Positions 32,589-42,256 of a DNA stretch of 64,000 bases are shown here, in pieces. Each line of letters begins with the position of its first letter. Within the stretch, counting starts at the first letter, position 1. Source of the stretch: Gammaproteobacteria bacterium (GTDB lineage Bacteria > Pseudomonadota > Gammaproteobacteria > Xanthomonadales > Marinicellaceae). Made by a program: the position numbers and the translations under genes. The stretch is taken from positions 1,797 through 65,796 of the forward strand of contig JAUIGR010000010.1 in assembly GCA_030430025.1 (NCBI GenBank), written 5' to 3'. Under the pieces are notes generated by a model. That model was given only the letters and a program-made list of their open reading frames with translations, did no database searches and was not told the DNA's origin.

Positions 32589-34805
32589 TTAGAAATTATA
32601 AGTGATCGCTGCATACCATGTTCTTGGAGCACCATAGTAAGCAGTTTGGATATTGCCGACACTAGAAAATTCTTGCGCTTCTACTTTATATACTTCATCT
32701 CCGAGATTTTTACCTCCAATAGTCAATGCCCAGGCTGGGTTGGCAAATTCGTAAGTGGCGTGGGCGTTGTAAACCCAATAACCTTCTTGAGTTAGTGCTT
32801 CCTGATTGTCGACAGACAGATACATGTCATCAATGTAGCTGGCCTGTGTACTGAGTCTTAAATTGCCACCTGTTGATATCGGTATGTTGTGATGAAACCC
32901 CAAATTAAATGTCCACTCTGGGGAGAAAGGTGGAATGTCATCCGATCGGTCTTCATCTGGACGTCTAAAGTCGAAGAATTGATCGTATTCAGCATCCATA
33001 TAACCGATGGCGCTATTGAAGTAGGTATTAGTGCTAATCAGCCAGGCCAGCTCTATTTCTGCACCTTGAATAGAGAGTTCGGCAGCGTTGATCACCGGGA
33101 AACTGGAAATGTCCTCAGCAACTCGGGCTTGAAAGTCTTCATAATCGCTACTGAAGACAGCATAGTTAGCCCTTAATCTGTTGTTTAAGAATGTTGACTT
33201 ACCACCAAATTCGTATGTCCATACTGTTTCAGGTTTGAATGAACTGACATCACTGGCACCATTGGCACGTCCATTGAATCCACCTGACTTGAAGCCTTTC
33301 GAGACACTGGTGTACAACATGTGATTGTCATTAATCTGATAGTCTACAGAAATCATCGGTGTAACACTGTCCCAACTGTCTTTATCATTAAATGAAAAGG
33401 TACCATTGAGGAAAGCCCCAGCATCTGAGAGCGTAGAGGTGGTTCGGAAGTATTTTTTTTCGTCTTTAGAGTATCTTATCCCGGCTGACATACCCCAGCG
33501 GTCATTAATTTGCCAGTTGGCTTGAGTGAATAAAGCATAGCTAGTGGTCTCCAAGTCGTCTGCAATGGTCCTCAGAAAATCTAAAGGAAAACCGTCGTAA
33601 AGTAAGAAATCATCTGCATAGGCTTCCTGATATGAAGGCACATCTTCCTGCATATAATAAGCGCCAATTACACCACTTAAGCCATTGCCATTATTAAACA
33701 GCATCTGTAACTCTTGACTGAATTGATTTTGATCGACACCGACGAATACATCACCAAGCTCTAATGTACTGGCGTCTATGTCAATAAAAGAATCAGATTG
33801 TAAATCACGGTGAGCGGTGATGGACCTCATTTGCCAGACATCATTGATATCATAATCGATGATAAAACTGATGCCCCAATGTCGCAGTTCTTGATTTTCA
33901 TCGTTTCTAAAAGAAGAGCTGGATTGGAAATCAAACTCTTCTCCACTGGGTACATACAGTGGAACCACACCACCGGCCAAATCAACAGCTACTAAAGTGG
34001 CCTCTGGATTGCCCAGAGACAAGGCATTCTCTTGGTTGGTATAATCCATCGTTAATTGCCAGTTGAAACGATCATTATTGGCTGAATTGAATTTCACTCT
34101 GAAAGATGTATTATCTCTGTCGTTGTAGTGTTGCTGTGTGATTGGATCTGTGACAAAGCCATTATCGAGTCCATAAAGTGTCGAGATGCTGAAGTTGGTG
34201 CTGTTACTAACGGCGCCAGCATAGTAAGCGTTGAGGGATGTTTTTCCGTAGTCGCCAGCCAGTACTTGTATGGTGCCTGTGGTTTCACCAGTGGCTTGTC
34301 GTGTGACTACGTTGATGGCACCACCGATGGTGTTTTTACCATAAAGAGTACCTTGAGGTCCTCGTAACACTTCAATTCGTTCAACATCATACAGGTTCAT
34401 CAAGGCACCCTGAATACGTGATAGGTAAACACCATCGATATAGATGCCAACTCCTGGATCAAAAGTTTGAAGGGCATCAGGTTGTCCGATACCTCGGATG
34501 TAAACATTGGCGCTGGACGATGAGCCTCGACCGAGCACCAAATTCATGTTAGGTACGGCGCCATTTAGCGAGTCCAGACTTTCGGCTTGTGCTTCTTGTA
34601 ACTCTTCTCTTGAAAAAGTAGAAACGGCGACAGGCACCTCTTGTAATGATTCCTCGGTTTTTCTGGCTGTGACTTTGACGTCATCCAAGGCCAGCGCTTC
34701 ATCTTCTTGGTTGTTCTGTGCCCAGGCTGGTTGTCCAACTTGCCAACCTAAAATGGTACTAAGTAATGTTAAATTAATAGCTTGATTTAGAATGGATTTT
34801 TTCAT
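32589..34805 (-). CDS. TonB-dependent receptor
   Basis: Signal peptide; VKVTARK, VPVAVS, RIEVLRGPQGTLYGKN; C-terminal PRTWYAAITYNF. Confidence 0.95.
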   Translation of the reverse strand: MKKSILNQAINLTLLSTILGWQVGQPAWAQNNQEDEALALDDVKVTARKTEESLQEVPVAVSTFSREELQEAQAESLDSLNGAVPNMNLVLGRGSSSSANVYIRGIGQPDALQTFDPGVGIYIDGVYLSRIQGALMNLYDVERIEVLRGPQGTLYGKNTIGGAINVVTRQATGETTGTIQVLAGDYGKTSLNAYYAGAVSNSTNFSISTLYGLDNGFVTDPITQQHYNDRDNTSFRVKFNSANNDRFNWQLTMDYTNQENALSLGNPEATLVAVDLAGGVVPLYVPSGEEFDFQSSSSFRNDENQELRHWGISFIIDYDINDVWQMRSITAHRDLQSDSFIDIDASTLELGDVFVGVDQNQFSQELQMLFNNGNGLSGVIGAYYMQEDVPSYQEAYADDFLLYDGFPLDFLRTIADDLETTSYALFTQANWQINDRWGMSAGIRYSKDEKKYFRTTSTLSDAGAFLNGTFSFNDKDSWDSVTPMISVDYQINDNHMLYTSVSKGFKSGGFNGRANGASDVSSFKPETVWTYEFGGKSTFLNNRLRANYAVFSSDYEDFQARVAEDISSFPVINAAELSIQGAEIELAWLISTNTYFNSAIGYMDAEYDQFFDFRRPDEDRSDDIPPFSPEWTFNLGFHHNIPISTGGNLRLSTQASYIDDMYLSVDNQEALTQEGYWVYNAHATYEFANPAWALTIGGKNLGDEVYKVEAQEFSSVGNIQTAYYGAPRTWYAAITYNF

Positions 34806-34862
34806 GTGGAGGTGTCCCGATTATTAAGCTGAATAAAATATTACAACATTAGAATAACTAAT

Positions 34863-34878
34863 TTCAATATATGTTTAA
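34863..34878. promoter_or_regulatory. Candidate TetR operator (imperfect palindrome)
   Basis: TTCAATATATGTTTAA, 12/16 self-complementary, between the divergent receptor and TetR genes. Confidence 0.3.
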
Positions 34879-35003
34879 TCTTTTACAAAGCCATCGTTAA
34901 AATAACGTCATCATTTTGAGAAAAGAGCATTTTGTTGATAAGATCTCCATGATAAACTGATTCACTTTGTTGATATTCAATCTAAGCGGATAAGGAAAAG
35001 TAA

Positions 35004-35648
35004 ATGGCCTTGGATACCAAAACATTGATATTGGATGCTGCTGAAAAATTGTTTGCCACTCGAGGATTTTATGGGGTGTCCATGAGACAAATTACCATTG
35101 AGGCAGGTGTTGACCCTGCTTTAGCCAATTATCATTTTGGGAAAAAAAGAAACTTATTTGATGCAGTGATGTTGCGACGTGCTGAGGTGTTGAATCGAGA
35201 GAGGATACAAATGCTAGATGATTGTTTGCGACGAGCCAAACCTAATCCACCGCCGCTTGAAGAAATCATAGATGCTTTTACCCATGCCTTGCTCAATCGC
35301 TCTAACAAAGGCGGTGCTGGTTGGAAACATTATTTTGCTATCATTGCACAAATCAATAATCATCCAGAGTTGGGTGGCGTGATCATGACTCAGTATTTTG
35401 ACCCTTTGGCTAAAAAATTTATGAAAGCCATCACTCGGGCCTTACCAGATGCACAACCTGAGGATTTATATTGGTGTTATCATTTCTTGTCGGGTGCATT
35501 GACTTTAACTTTTTCTGGAACCAACCGCATCAATAATTTATCTGATGGCTTATGTAATGCCAGCGATTTAGATGCTGTACATGAACGTCTGGTACCATTT
35601 ATCACAGCAGGTTTTTCAATTTTTAAATCATCTGTCAGTCAGCGATGA
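35004..35648 (+). CDS. TetR/AcrR regulator, PsrA-like C-terminal domain
   Basis: ILDAAEKLFATRGF, ANYHFGKK, YWCYHFLSGAL. Confidence 0.9.
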   Translation: MALDTKTLILDAAEKLFATRGFYGVSMRQITIEAGVDPALANYHFGKKRNLFDAVMLRRAEVLNRERIQMLDDCLRRAKPNPPPLEEIIDAFTHALLNRSNKGGAGWKHYFAIIAQINNHPELGGVIMTQYFDPLAKKFMKAITRALPDAQPEDLYWCYHFLSGALTLTFSGTNRINNLSDGLCNASDLDAVHERLVPFITAGFSIFKSSVSQR

Positions 35649-35653
35649 TTGGT

Positions 35654-37852
35654 TTAATTGGTCGATAGCTTGGCAAATTTGGCAGCCAACACTTTCGGAC
35701 CGACTTGATTGAATTGCACCAATACTTGTAAATAATCGCCTTTACCACTCATGTCAGTGATAACACCCTCACCAAAACTGGCATGATGGACAGTTTGGCC
35801 AATGTGATAGGGTGTATCTGTGTTTGGTTGGATTTGTTGTTGATAAGGTGATGCCGAATCTATTATTTGTCGGTGATGACGTGCTGGATGAATATTGCCA
35901 CGTTGTTGTTGTACCAATTGGTTGGGTATTTCTCTGAGAAATTGGGAAGGTTGGCAGGGCGTGATTTTACCTCGTAGTCTTCTTGATGTCGCATAGCTCA
36001 TGAACAGTTTTTTCTCCGTTCGGGTGATACCAACATAGCATAATCGACGTTCTTCCTGCAGTTTGTTAAAATCTTCCATGGAGTTTTGGTGTGGGAACAA
36101 ACCTTGTTCCATACCAACCATGAAGACAATTGGAAACTCTAACCCTTTGGCTGAATGCAGGGTCATCAGTTGAACATGTGGTTCATCCTCGTTATCGCGA
36201 TCACCAGCATCTAACGATACAGCAGCTAAAAAAGAAGCCAAGGGACTCAGTCCTAGTGCTGCATCTTCATCGCTGATTTGGTGAGTCTCTGCTGCATTGA
36301 TTAACTCATCAAGGTTTTCTAAACGTGTTTGTGCTTTTTCAGGTGGTTCTTTCAAGTAATGGTCTTTCAAGGCGCTGCGTTCAATAATGTCATGGAATAA
36401 ATGACTCAAGATTTGGTCTTGATGATTGTTGTCTAGTTCATCAATCATTGAACAAAAAGCGGTGAAACTGCTGGCAGCACGGTTTGATAAGCTACCAGAT
36501 TTAACCAATGAGATGGCTGATTGCCAGAGGCTGGTTTGATTGATTTGGGCATGGTTTCTTATCATATTGAGTGTTTTCAGTCCCATACCCCTGGTTGGTG
36601 TGTTGATAACCCGTTCAAAGCCAATGTCATCATGGCGATTATTGACTAACCGTGCATAAGCCATGACATCTTTGATTTCCATCCGTTCAAAGAATCGTAA
36701 ACCGCCATAAATTTGGTAGGGGATCTGGCGTTTGATCAATGTTTCTTCCAACAGCCGGGATTGCGCATTTGAACGGTACAAAATAGCAATTTCATCGGCC
36801 CGAATGGTATCACGTAGTAGTTGTTCAATTGCTTCACCGACATAGAATGCTTCATCGAACTCTGAGTGAGCACCGTATATATTGATTTTGTCACCTTGCT
36901 CCTGAGCTGACCACAGCCGTTTTCCTAGACGATTTTTGTTGTGTTCAATCACACCATTGGCTGCATCCAGTATGTTTTGCGTAGAGCGGTAGTTTTGTTC
37001 GAGTTTATAAAGAGCCGTGTTGTTATTGAGGTTCTGGAAATCGAGGATGTGGTCGACTTTGGCACCACGCCATGCATATATGGACTGGTCATCATCACCG
37101 ACAACAAAAAGTTTGTTGTTTTTGCCTGCCAGTAGTTGAATGAAAGCTGACTGAATATTATTAGTGTCTTGAAACTCATCAACCAAAATGTGTGAAAAGC
37201 GCATTTGATATTTGTGTAATAACTGATCATTATTGAGTAGCAGCTCATGGGCTCGTAGTAACATTTCAGCAAAGTCAACTAAGCCTGCACGCTGACAATG
37301 ATTTTCATATTGTTGATAAATTTTAGTCAGTGTTTGTGTATTGAAGTCACCAAAGTTTTCAATTTCGTCAGCTCTTAAACCTTCGTTTTTATTATCATTG
37401 ATAAAACCCTGAATAGCCCTTGGTGGCCACTGTTTTTCATCTAATTCCAGATCACCGAGACAGCGGCGAATTAAGCGATATTGGTCATCGGAATCGAGAA
37501 TTTGGAAATTTTTAGGTAGCTTGGCTACTTCAGTATGAATTTGTAGTAATCGGAGAGCGATACTATGGAAAGTACCAATCCACAAGTTGTTGACGTCTTG
37601 TTTAAGCATGTAGGCAATGCGGTTACGCATTTCTGCTGCGGCTTTGTTAGTAAAAGTCACCGCCAAGATGCTGTAGGGAGAAATAAATTCTGCGCCAATC
37701 AACCAAGCAATGCGATGAACCAGCACCCGAGTTTTGCCGCTACCGGCACCAGCTAAAACCAAAGCATTTTGTGCTTCTGTAGTTACGGCTGCTGCTTGGT
37801 CATCATTGAGGTTATTTAAAATGGTTTCCGTGCTGATGTTCATGGTGGCCAA
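35654..37852 (-). CDS. uvrD: DNA helicase II
   Basis: AGAGSGKT, DEFQD, VGDDDQSIY, QNYRST, TLHSAKGLEF, EERRLCYVG. Confidence 0.96.
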   Translation of the reverse strand: MATMNISTETILNNLNDDQAAAVTTEAQNALVLAGAGSGKTRVLVHRIAWLIGAEFISPYSILAVTFTNKAAAEMRNRIAYMLKQDVNNLWIGTFHSIALRLLQIHTEVAKLPKNFQILDSDDQYRLIRRCLGDLELDEKQWPPRAIQGFINDNKNEGLRADEIENFGDFNTQTLTKIYQQYENHCQRAGLVDFAEMLLRAHELLLNNDQLLHKYQMRFSHILVDEFQDTNNIQSAFIQLLAGKNNKLFVVGDDDQSIYAWRGAKVDHILDFQNLNNNTALYKLEQNYRSTQNILDAANGVIEHNKNRLGKRLWSAQEQGDKINIYGAHSEFDEAFYVGEAIEQLLRDTIRADEIAILYRSNAQSRLLEETLIKRQIPYQIYGGLRFFERMEIKDVMAYARLVNNRHDDIGFERVINTPTRGMGLKTLNMIRNHAQINQTSLWQSAISLVKSGSLSNRAASSFTAFCSMIDELDNNHQDQILSHLFHDIIERSALKDHYLKEPPEKAQTRLENLDELINAAETHQISDEDAALGLSPLASFLAAVSLDAGDRDNEDEPHVQLMTLHSAKGLEFPIVFMVGMEQGLFPHQNSMEDFNKLQEERRLCYVGITRTEKKLFMSYATSRRLRGKITPCQPSQFLREIPNQLVQQQRGNIHPARHHRQIIDSASPYQQQIQPNTDTPYHIGQTVHHASFGEGVITDMSGKGDYLQVLVQFNQVGPKVLAAKFAKLSTN

Positions 37853-38949
37853 TTACAATGCGTTTCTAGAATATGAACTTGTTCTCCAGCAATGACTGGA
37901 AACTGTTGTTTAATATGTGCTTCAATGGCTTTAATACCTTCAGGTCTAAGAGGATAGTAATACTGTCTGCTATTGGTATCAGAGTGTTCAACCCTAACCG
38001 CAAGTATACCAGCCTGTTGACTTTTGACATAAGTTAAATTGGCCTCTCGTTTGTTTTCGAGATCACTGCTGTTATCAATCCAAAAGGAACCAGTGAGGCG
38101 ATTCTGTTCAAAGGCTCCCAAGCATATCTTATCTTCATTTAATGGCCAGTGTGTTGGCTGGAATAAGTGTAATTCTAGTCCATGTACTTGGAAAGCTGCC
38201 ATCGCTGTTCTCTGCTGTATTATCCAGTCGATGTATTGATCAGCTGTGCCATCAAAAAAAGTAACAAAATGATGCATCGAAAACATGGGGCTGAATACCA
38301 AGTGGTCATGCAAGTAAAAATAATTATGTTGTTTGCTCTGAGACATGGTTTTGGATTGACTCTGTAAGACCGCATGCTCAATGATTTGCCAACAAGCATC
38401 TTGCCCTAATTGTTGATAATGATTATGCATCATGGCAAGTAAGTCGATATTACTGAGGTAATTGGCATGTTGAACAGTCAAGCCAGTGATTTCGCTTAAC
38501 GCCTGGTAAGTAGGTGGAGAGATCATGCCTTTATTCATCAGATCTTGCTCGAATGCTTGGGCAATGGTTTCGCTATTGGTATACAAGATGAAAGGTATCA
38601 GCATCAGCGGTTGACTAGAATGGTGTGGCTGTAACCCTTCAGGCATTTGACCATGGTCAGCGCCAATAGATAGGACTTTGTGCTGCTGTTGCTCACCTTG
38701 CATTGCAGCTGAGGCGTATTGATTTAATGTGCTATGTATTGGCCATTTGGGCTGAAGTATTTGTTCAACAGGATAACAAGCCACCGAGCATGCTAACGAG
38801 ACGTTCTCTTTTGTCATTGAAAGAATCGCTGTTAAGTCTCGGCTTATGGTTTCTACTAGCTTACTGGCATCGGTCTTATCAATGATTTGATTAAAGGATT
38901 GGTGGCATTCCAAAGCAATCATCCCTTGCAGTTGGTATTGGACATTCAT
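37840..38949 (-). CDS. Hypothetical protein between engB and uvrD
   Basis: 369-aa ORF; 2-nt gap to engB and 13-nt overlap with the uvrD start; no motif recognised. Confidence 0.8.
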   Translation of the reverse strand: MNVQYQLQGMIALECHQSFNQIIDKTDASKLVETISRDLTAILSMTKENVSLACSVACYPVEQILQPKWPIHSTLNQYASAAMQGEQQQHKVLSIGADHGQMPEGLQPHHSSQPLMLIPFILYTNSETIAQAFEQDLMNKGMISPPTYQALSEITGLTVQHANYLSNIDLLAMMHNHYQQLGQDACWQIIEHAVLQSQSKTMSQSKQHNYFYLHDHLVFSPMFSMHHFVTFFDGTADQYIDWIIQQRTAMAAFQVHGLELHLFQPTHWPLNEDKICLGAFEQNRLTGSFWIDNSSDLENKREANLTYVKSQQAGILAVRVEHSDTNSRQYYYPLRPEGIKAIEAHIKQQFPVIAGEQVHILETHCNWPP

Positions 38950-38951
38950 GG

Positions 38952-39572
38952 TCAGTTTTGTTTTAAGTAAGCTTGTTCTTCTTCAAACCAAGGAGTCAAT
39001 ACCTCAGATAAGGTGTTGGTCCCTTCTTTCCGTAAAGCGGAAAAGATTTGACATGTGGTGGTCGGACTCAATGTTTTGATTTGTTTTTGGACTTGCATGA
39101 AAGTTTTTTTAGCTTGTCCTGATTTTAGTTTATCTGCTTTGTTAAGTATGATATGTGATCGTATATTGGAGTTGAAAGCCCAGGTGATCATTTGTTGATC
39201 AAATTCTTTCATTGGATGACGGATGTCTTGGATGATGACTACACCAATCAGACTTTGTCTTTTCATCAGGTAATTGTTAATTTCTTGGTCCCAATATTTG
39301 CGCATTTTTAAAGGAACTTTGGCATAACCATAACCGGGTAAGTCGACCAATCGCATCCCAGGTGCGAATTCGAAACAATTAAATAACTGAGTTCGACCCG
39401 GTGTTTTACTGACTTTTGCTAGTCCTTTGTGATTGGTTAAGGCATTGATGGTAGTGGATTTTCCTGCATTAGAGCGACCAGCAAAGGCAATTTCCATACC
39501 ATCATCGGCAGGTAATTGTGACATTTTGTACGCGCTGATTAAGAACTCACAGTGATTGAACAGTTTAGTCAT
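38952..39572 (-). CDS. engB: Ribosome-biogenesis GTP-binding protein YihA/EngB
   Basis: GRSNAGKS, KTPGRT, DLPGYG, NKADK; likely start 39572. Confidence 0.95.
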   Translation of the reverse strand: MTKLFNHCEFLISAYKMSQLPADDGMEIAFAGRSNAGKSTTINALTNHKGLAKVSKTPGRTQLFNCFEFAPGMRLVDLPGYGYAKVPLKMRKYWDQEINNYLMKRQSLIGVVIIQDIRHPMKEFDQQMITWAFNSNIRSHIILNKADKLKSGQAKKTFMQVQKQIKTLSPTTTCQIFSALRKEGTNTLSEVLTPWFEEEQAYLKQN

Positions 39573-39694
39573 GAATCTGAACACCCGACAAAAAGGTCCA
39601 TTTTAAATGAGTCGCCTACAATTTGATATGTTAGACCGAGGCTTATCGGCTATAATACCGGCTTTTAAATGAACAAACCAAGATAGGGGTTTAT

Positions 39695-40306
39695 ATGAAA
39701 CGCATCATTTTATCTATGTTATTGGCGTTGTCTTCCTCAGTTCTGGCTCAGGATGCTGATAAAGGCAAAGTGTTGTCAACGACCTGTGCCGCGTGCCATG
39801 GAGTGGATGGAAATAGTATCAATCCTATTTGGCCTTCGATAGCAGGTCAACATGCTAAATACATTGAACGTCATTTAAAGCTATTCAAGACAGGTGAACG
39901 TGAGAGTGTCAACATGGCTCCTATGGTGGCTGCGTTGTCAGAACAAGATATGAAAGACCTGGCTGCTTATTTTACTTCCCAGAAAATGAAACTGAAAGCT
40001 GCAGACCCAGAACAGGTTGAATTAGGCAGAAAAATTTATCAAGGTGGTATTAAAGAACGAGATGTGCCTGCTTGTATGGCTTGTCATGGTCCAACTGGAC
40101 AAGGTAATCCTTTGGCAGGTTATCCGAAACTGGCTAATCAGCATGCTGCTTATACCGTTAATGAGCTGAAGTTGTATCGTAAAGGTCGGGTCCTTGGAAA
40201 TAAAAATGATGTGAATGGCAAAATCATGGCGGATATTGTCAAATATTTGTCTGATGAAGAAATTACTGCTGTGGCCAGTTATGTCCAAGGCCTACAAAAA
40301 AAATAA
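39695..40306 (+). CDS. Di-haem cytochrome c4
   Basis: Signal peptide; CAACH and CMACH; divergent from engB. Confidence 0.93.
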   Translation: MKRIILSMLLALSSSVLAQDADKGKVLSTTCAACHGVDGNSINPIWPSIAGQHAKYIERHLKLFKTGERESVNMAPMVAALSEQDMKDLAAYFTSQKMKLKAADPEQVELGRKIYQGGIKERDVPACMACHGPTGQGNPLAGYPKLANQHAAYTVNELKLYRKGRVLGNKNDVNGKIMADIVKYLSDEEITAVASYVQGLQKK

Positions 40307-40366
40307 ATTACGAACATTCGATGATGGCTGTGGTCAAACACTCGATTAACTGGAAGAGAATATAAA

Positions 40367-41137
40367 ATGAAAAAACCGTTTATTTTTTTAGTGTTGTTTT
40401 TTGTTGTGGCTTGCTCACAAGCTGTCAATGATGAGCAACAAGTTGAAGATCAGTTAAAACAAACAGAACAAGAAGAAATTCATTCTGTTACTACAGAAGC
40501 CGAAACTGCGCTTGACAAGCTTGGTGATGATACTGGTAAGGTTATCGAAGAAATAGCGAAGGAAATCGTTCCAGAAAGTACTGATTATCAAGCAGGAATC
40601 CATTATGCAGTTTTGAACCCGGCTTGGGACACTCAATCAGATGAGGTGGTTGTTTATGAGTTTTTTGGTTACCTGTGCCCGCATTGTTATTCATTTCAGC
40701 CTTATATGAAAGGGTTTGAACAGAGAAAGAAAGATAACGTCAAATTAGTTAGGGTACCTGTGGTTTTTCAACCTCTATGGAAAATTTATGCTCAAGCTTA
40801 TTATGCTGCTGAGAATTTAGGTATTTTGGAGAAATCACATCAGGCTTTTTTTCAGGCTATCCATGAACAGAAAAAGCAGTTCAGAACGATAGAGCAAATT
40901 GCTCAGTGGTTTGCTGACTCTTTTGGTGTGGATAAAGATCAGTTTTTATCAACGGCGAATTCATTCATGGTTGATGGTATGATTCGTAAAGGTGCGCAGA
41001 TGATGCGTCAGATGCAGATACAATCTACTCCTACTTTGGTTGTTAATGGTAAATATAAACCCAATTCAAAACAGTTGAAGTCTAGACAAGATATGATCAA
41101 CTTAATGGATTACTTAATTGCTAAAGAAAGCGAATAA
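40367..41137 (+). CDS. dsbA: Thiol:disulfide oxidoreductase DsbA, lipoprotein type
   Basis: Lipobox VVA-C; EFFGYLCPHCY; STP cis-Pro loop. Confidence 0.9.
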   Translation: MKKPFIFLVLFFVVACSQAVNDEQQVEDQLKQTEQEEIHSVTTEAETALDKLGDDTGKVIEEIAKEIVPESTDYQAGIHYAVLNPAWDTQSDEVVVYEFFGYLCPHCYSFQPYMKGFEQRKKDNVKLVRVPVVFQPLWKIYAQAYYAAENLGILEKSHQAFFQAIHEQKKQFRTIEQIAQWFADSFGVDKDQFLSTANSFMVDGMIRKGAQMMRQMQIQSTPTLVVNGKYKPNSKQLKSRQDMINLMDYLIAKESE

Positions 41138-41154
41138 GAAAGAAGGAGTAAGTA

Positions 41155-41459
41155 GTCAGTCCTGAAAAAGTCCCTCCTGGCCTTTTTCAGCATCGGTCAA
41201 AAAACACTTAACCACAAAAGTGTGATTTTGCTGATGTTTTTTGACCTTACTTGAGCCTTACGGCTCAAGGTGGCACCTCCTTGTGCCACACCATCGACCA
41301 GAAAAAAGTTTCTGGAAAACTTTTTCACGTTAGCCTGAGAGCCGTATGGAAGCGGCGAATCAAAAAGCATTGAAACACTTGTTTTCTGGTCGGGAAACAT
41401 ATGACTTGTAAGAAAAATTATTTTGTACAACAATAACTTATGCTTTTTTCAAGTTCGAC
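41155..41459 (-). mobile_element. MITE-like repeat, full-length copy (305 bp), reverse orientation
   Basis: TA|GTCAGTCCTGAAAAAG ... TCAAGTTCGAC|TA; colinear with 1498-1803. Confidence 0.85.
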
Positions 41460-41466
41460 TAAATAC

Positions 41467-41505
41467 AAAAACCGGCTTGTTCTGTGTCAGTTCAGCCGGT
41501 TTTTT
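41467..41505. terminator. Probable bidirectional terminator
   Basis: AAAAACCGGCT-16nt-AGCCGGTTTTT between convergent genes. Confidence 0.6.
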
Positions 41506-41536
41506 TATGCATTATGGGTCTTTTTAAAGACAGTGA

Positions 41537-42106
41537 TTATTGATTCCATTCTTCTTCAGCAACTGAGTTGACAATAGAATTGGCCGTGGCTTTGATGCCT
41601 TCTGCTGCTGTTTGTAACTTGTTAGCATGGTGTTTGGGTTTCATGATCTCATAGTGCTCACCATGGTCACGAAGTTTACCCTGACGAAACAATTCAATGA
41701 ATATAGACTTTGGTGTCAAACTACCATTGGCGTGTTTCCGGCAAATTACTTCAAAAGATTCTGGATCATCAATCTTAGGGATAAGGCATGTGTCTCTTTT
41801 TTCACAGGCAGCAATAACATCTTTATAGATCAGATCAACTTTGCTGGGTTTTAACTTGGTTTCTTTAGCGGTTGTATAAGAGACAATAAATCGCCGATCA
41901 ATTCCTGTCCTAGCAGAAATTTCTACTACAGTTGCACGCGGTTTTTCTTTTTTACATCCTTTAACAATGTGCATTTTGTAGTATTCCATAAACTCTTTGT
42001 AGGAAAAGTCATAGGCTAAAGTGGCTTTGGCTATCACTTGAGCGATTTCTTCAACCGAAGCCGAAATCTGGGCTCGATTTGCTATATTTTGATCATCTTG
42101 CATCAT
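41537..42106 (-). CDS. Putative HTH protein, DUF6502-like (short)
   Basis: VEISARTGIDRRF HTH-like segment; ESFEVICRKH ... PKSIFIELFRQG recalls DUF6502 proteins. Confidence 0.55.
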   Translation of the reverse strand: MMQDDQNIANRAQISASVEEIAQVIAKATLAYDFSYKEFMEYYKMHIVKGCKKEKPRATVVEISARTGIDRRFIVSYTTAKETKLKPSKVDLIYKDVIAACEKRDTCLIPKIDDPESFEVICRKHANGSLTPKSIFIELFRQGKLRDHGEHYEIMKPKHHANKLQTAAEGIKATANSIVNSVAEEEWNQ

Positions 42107-42256
42107 TTATTTTATTCTTTCTATATTAATTATTAATAAAACTAGTGTGATTTATGGCACTGGAAAGTACCAAAAATCAGCATCGATGAGCTATTGATTG
42201 CGATTCAAAACTTGACCTTTGGTTTATCAAATCCATGATCAAGTAAAAATATCATG

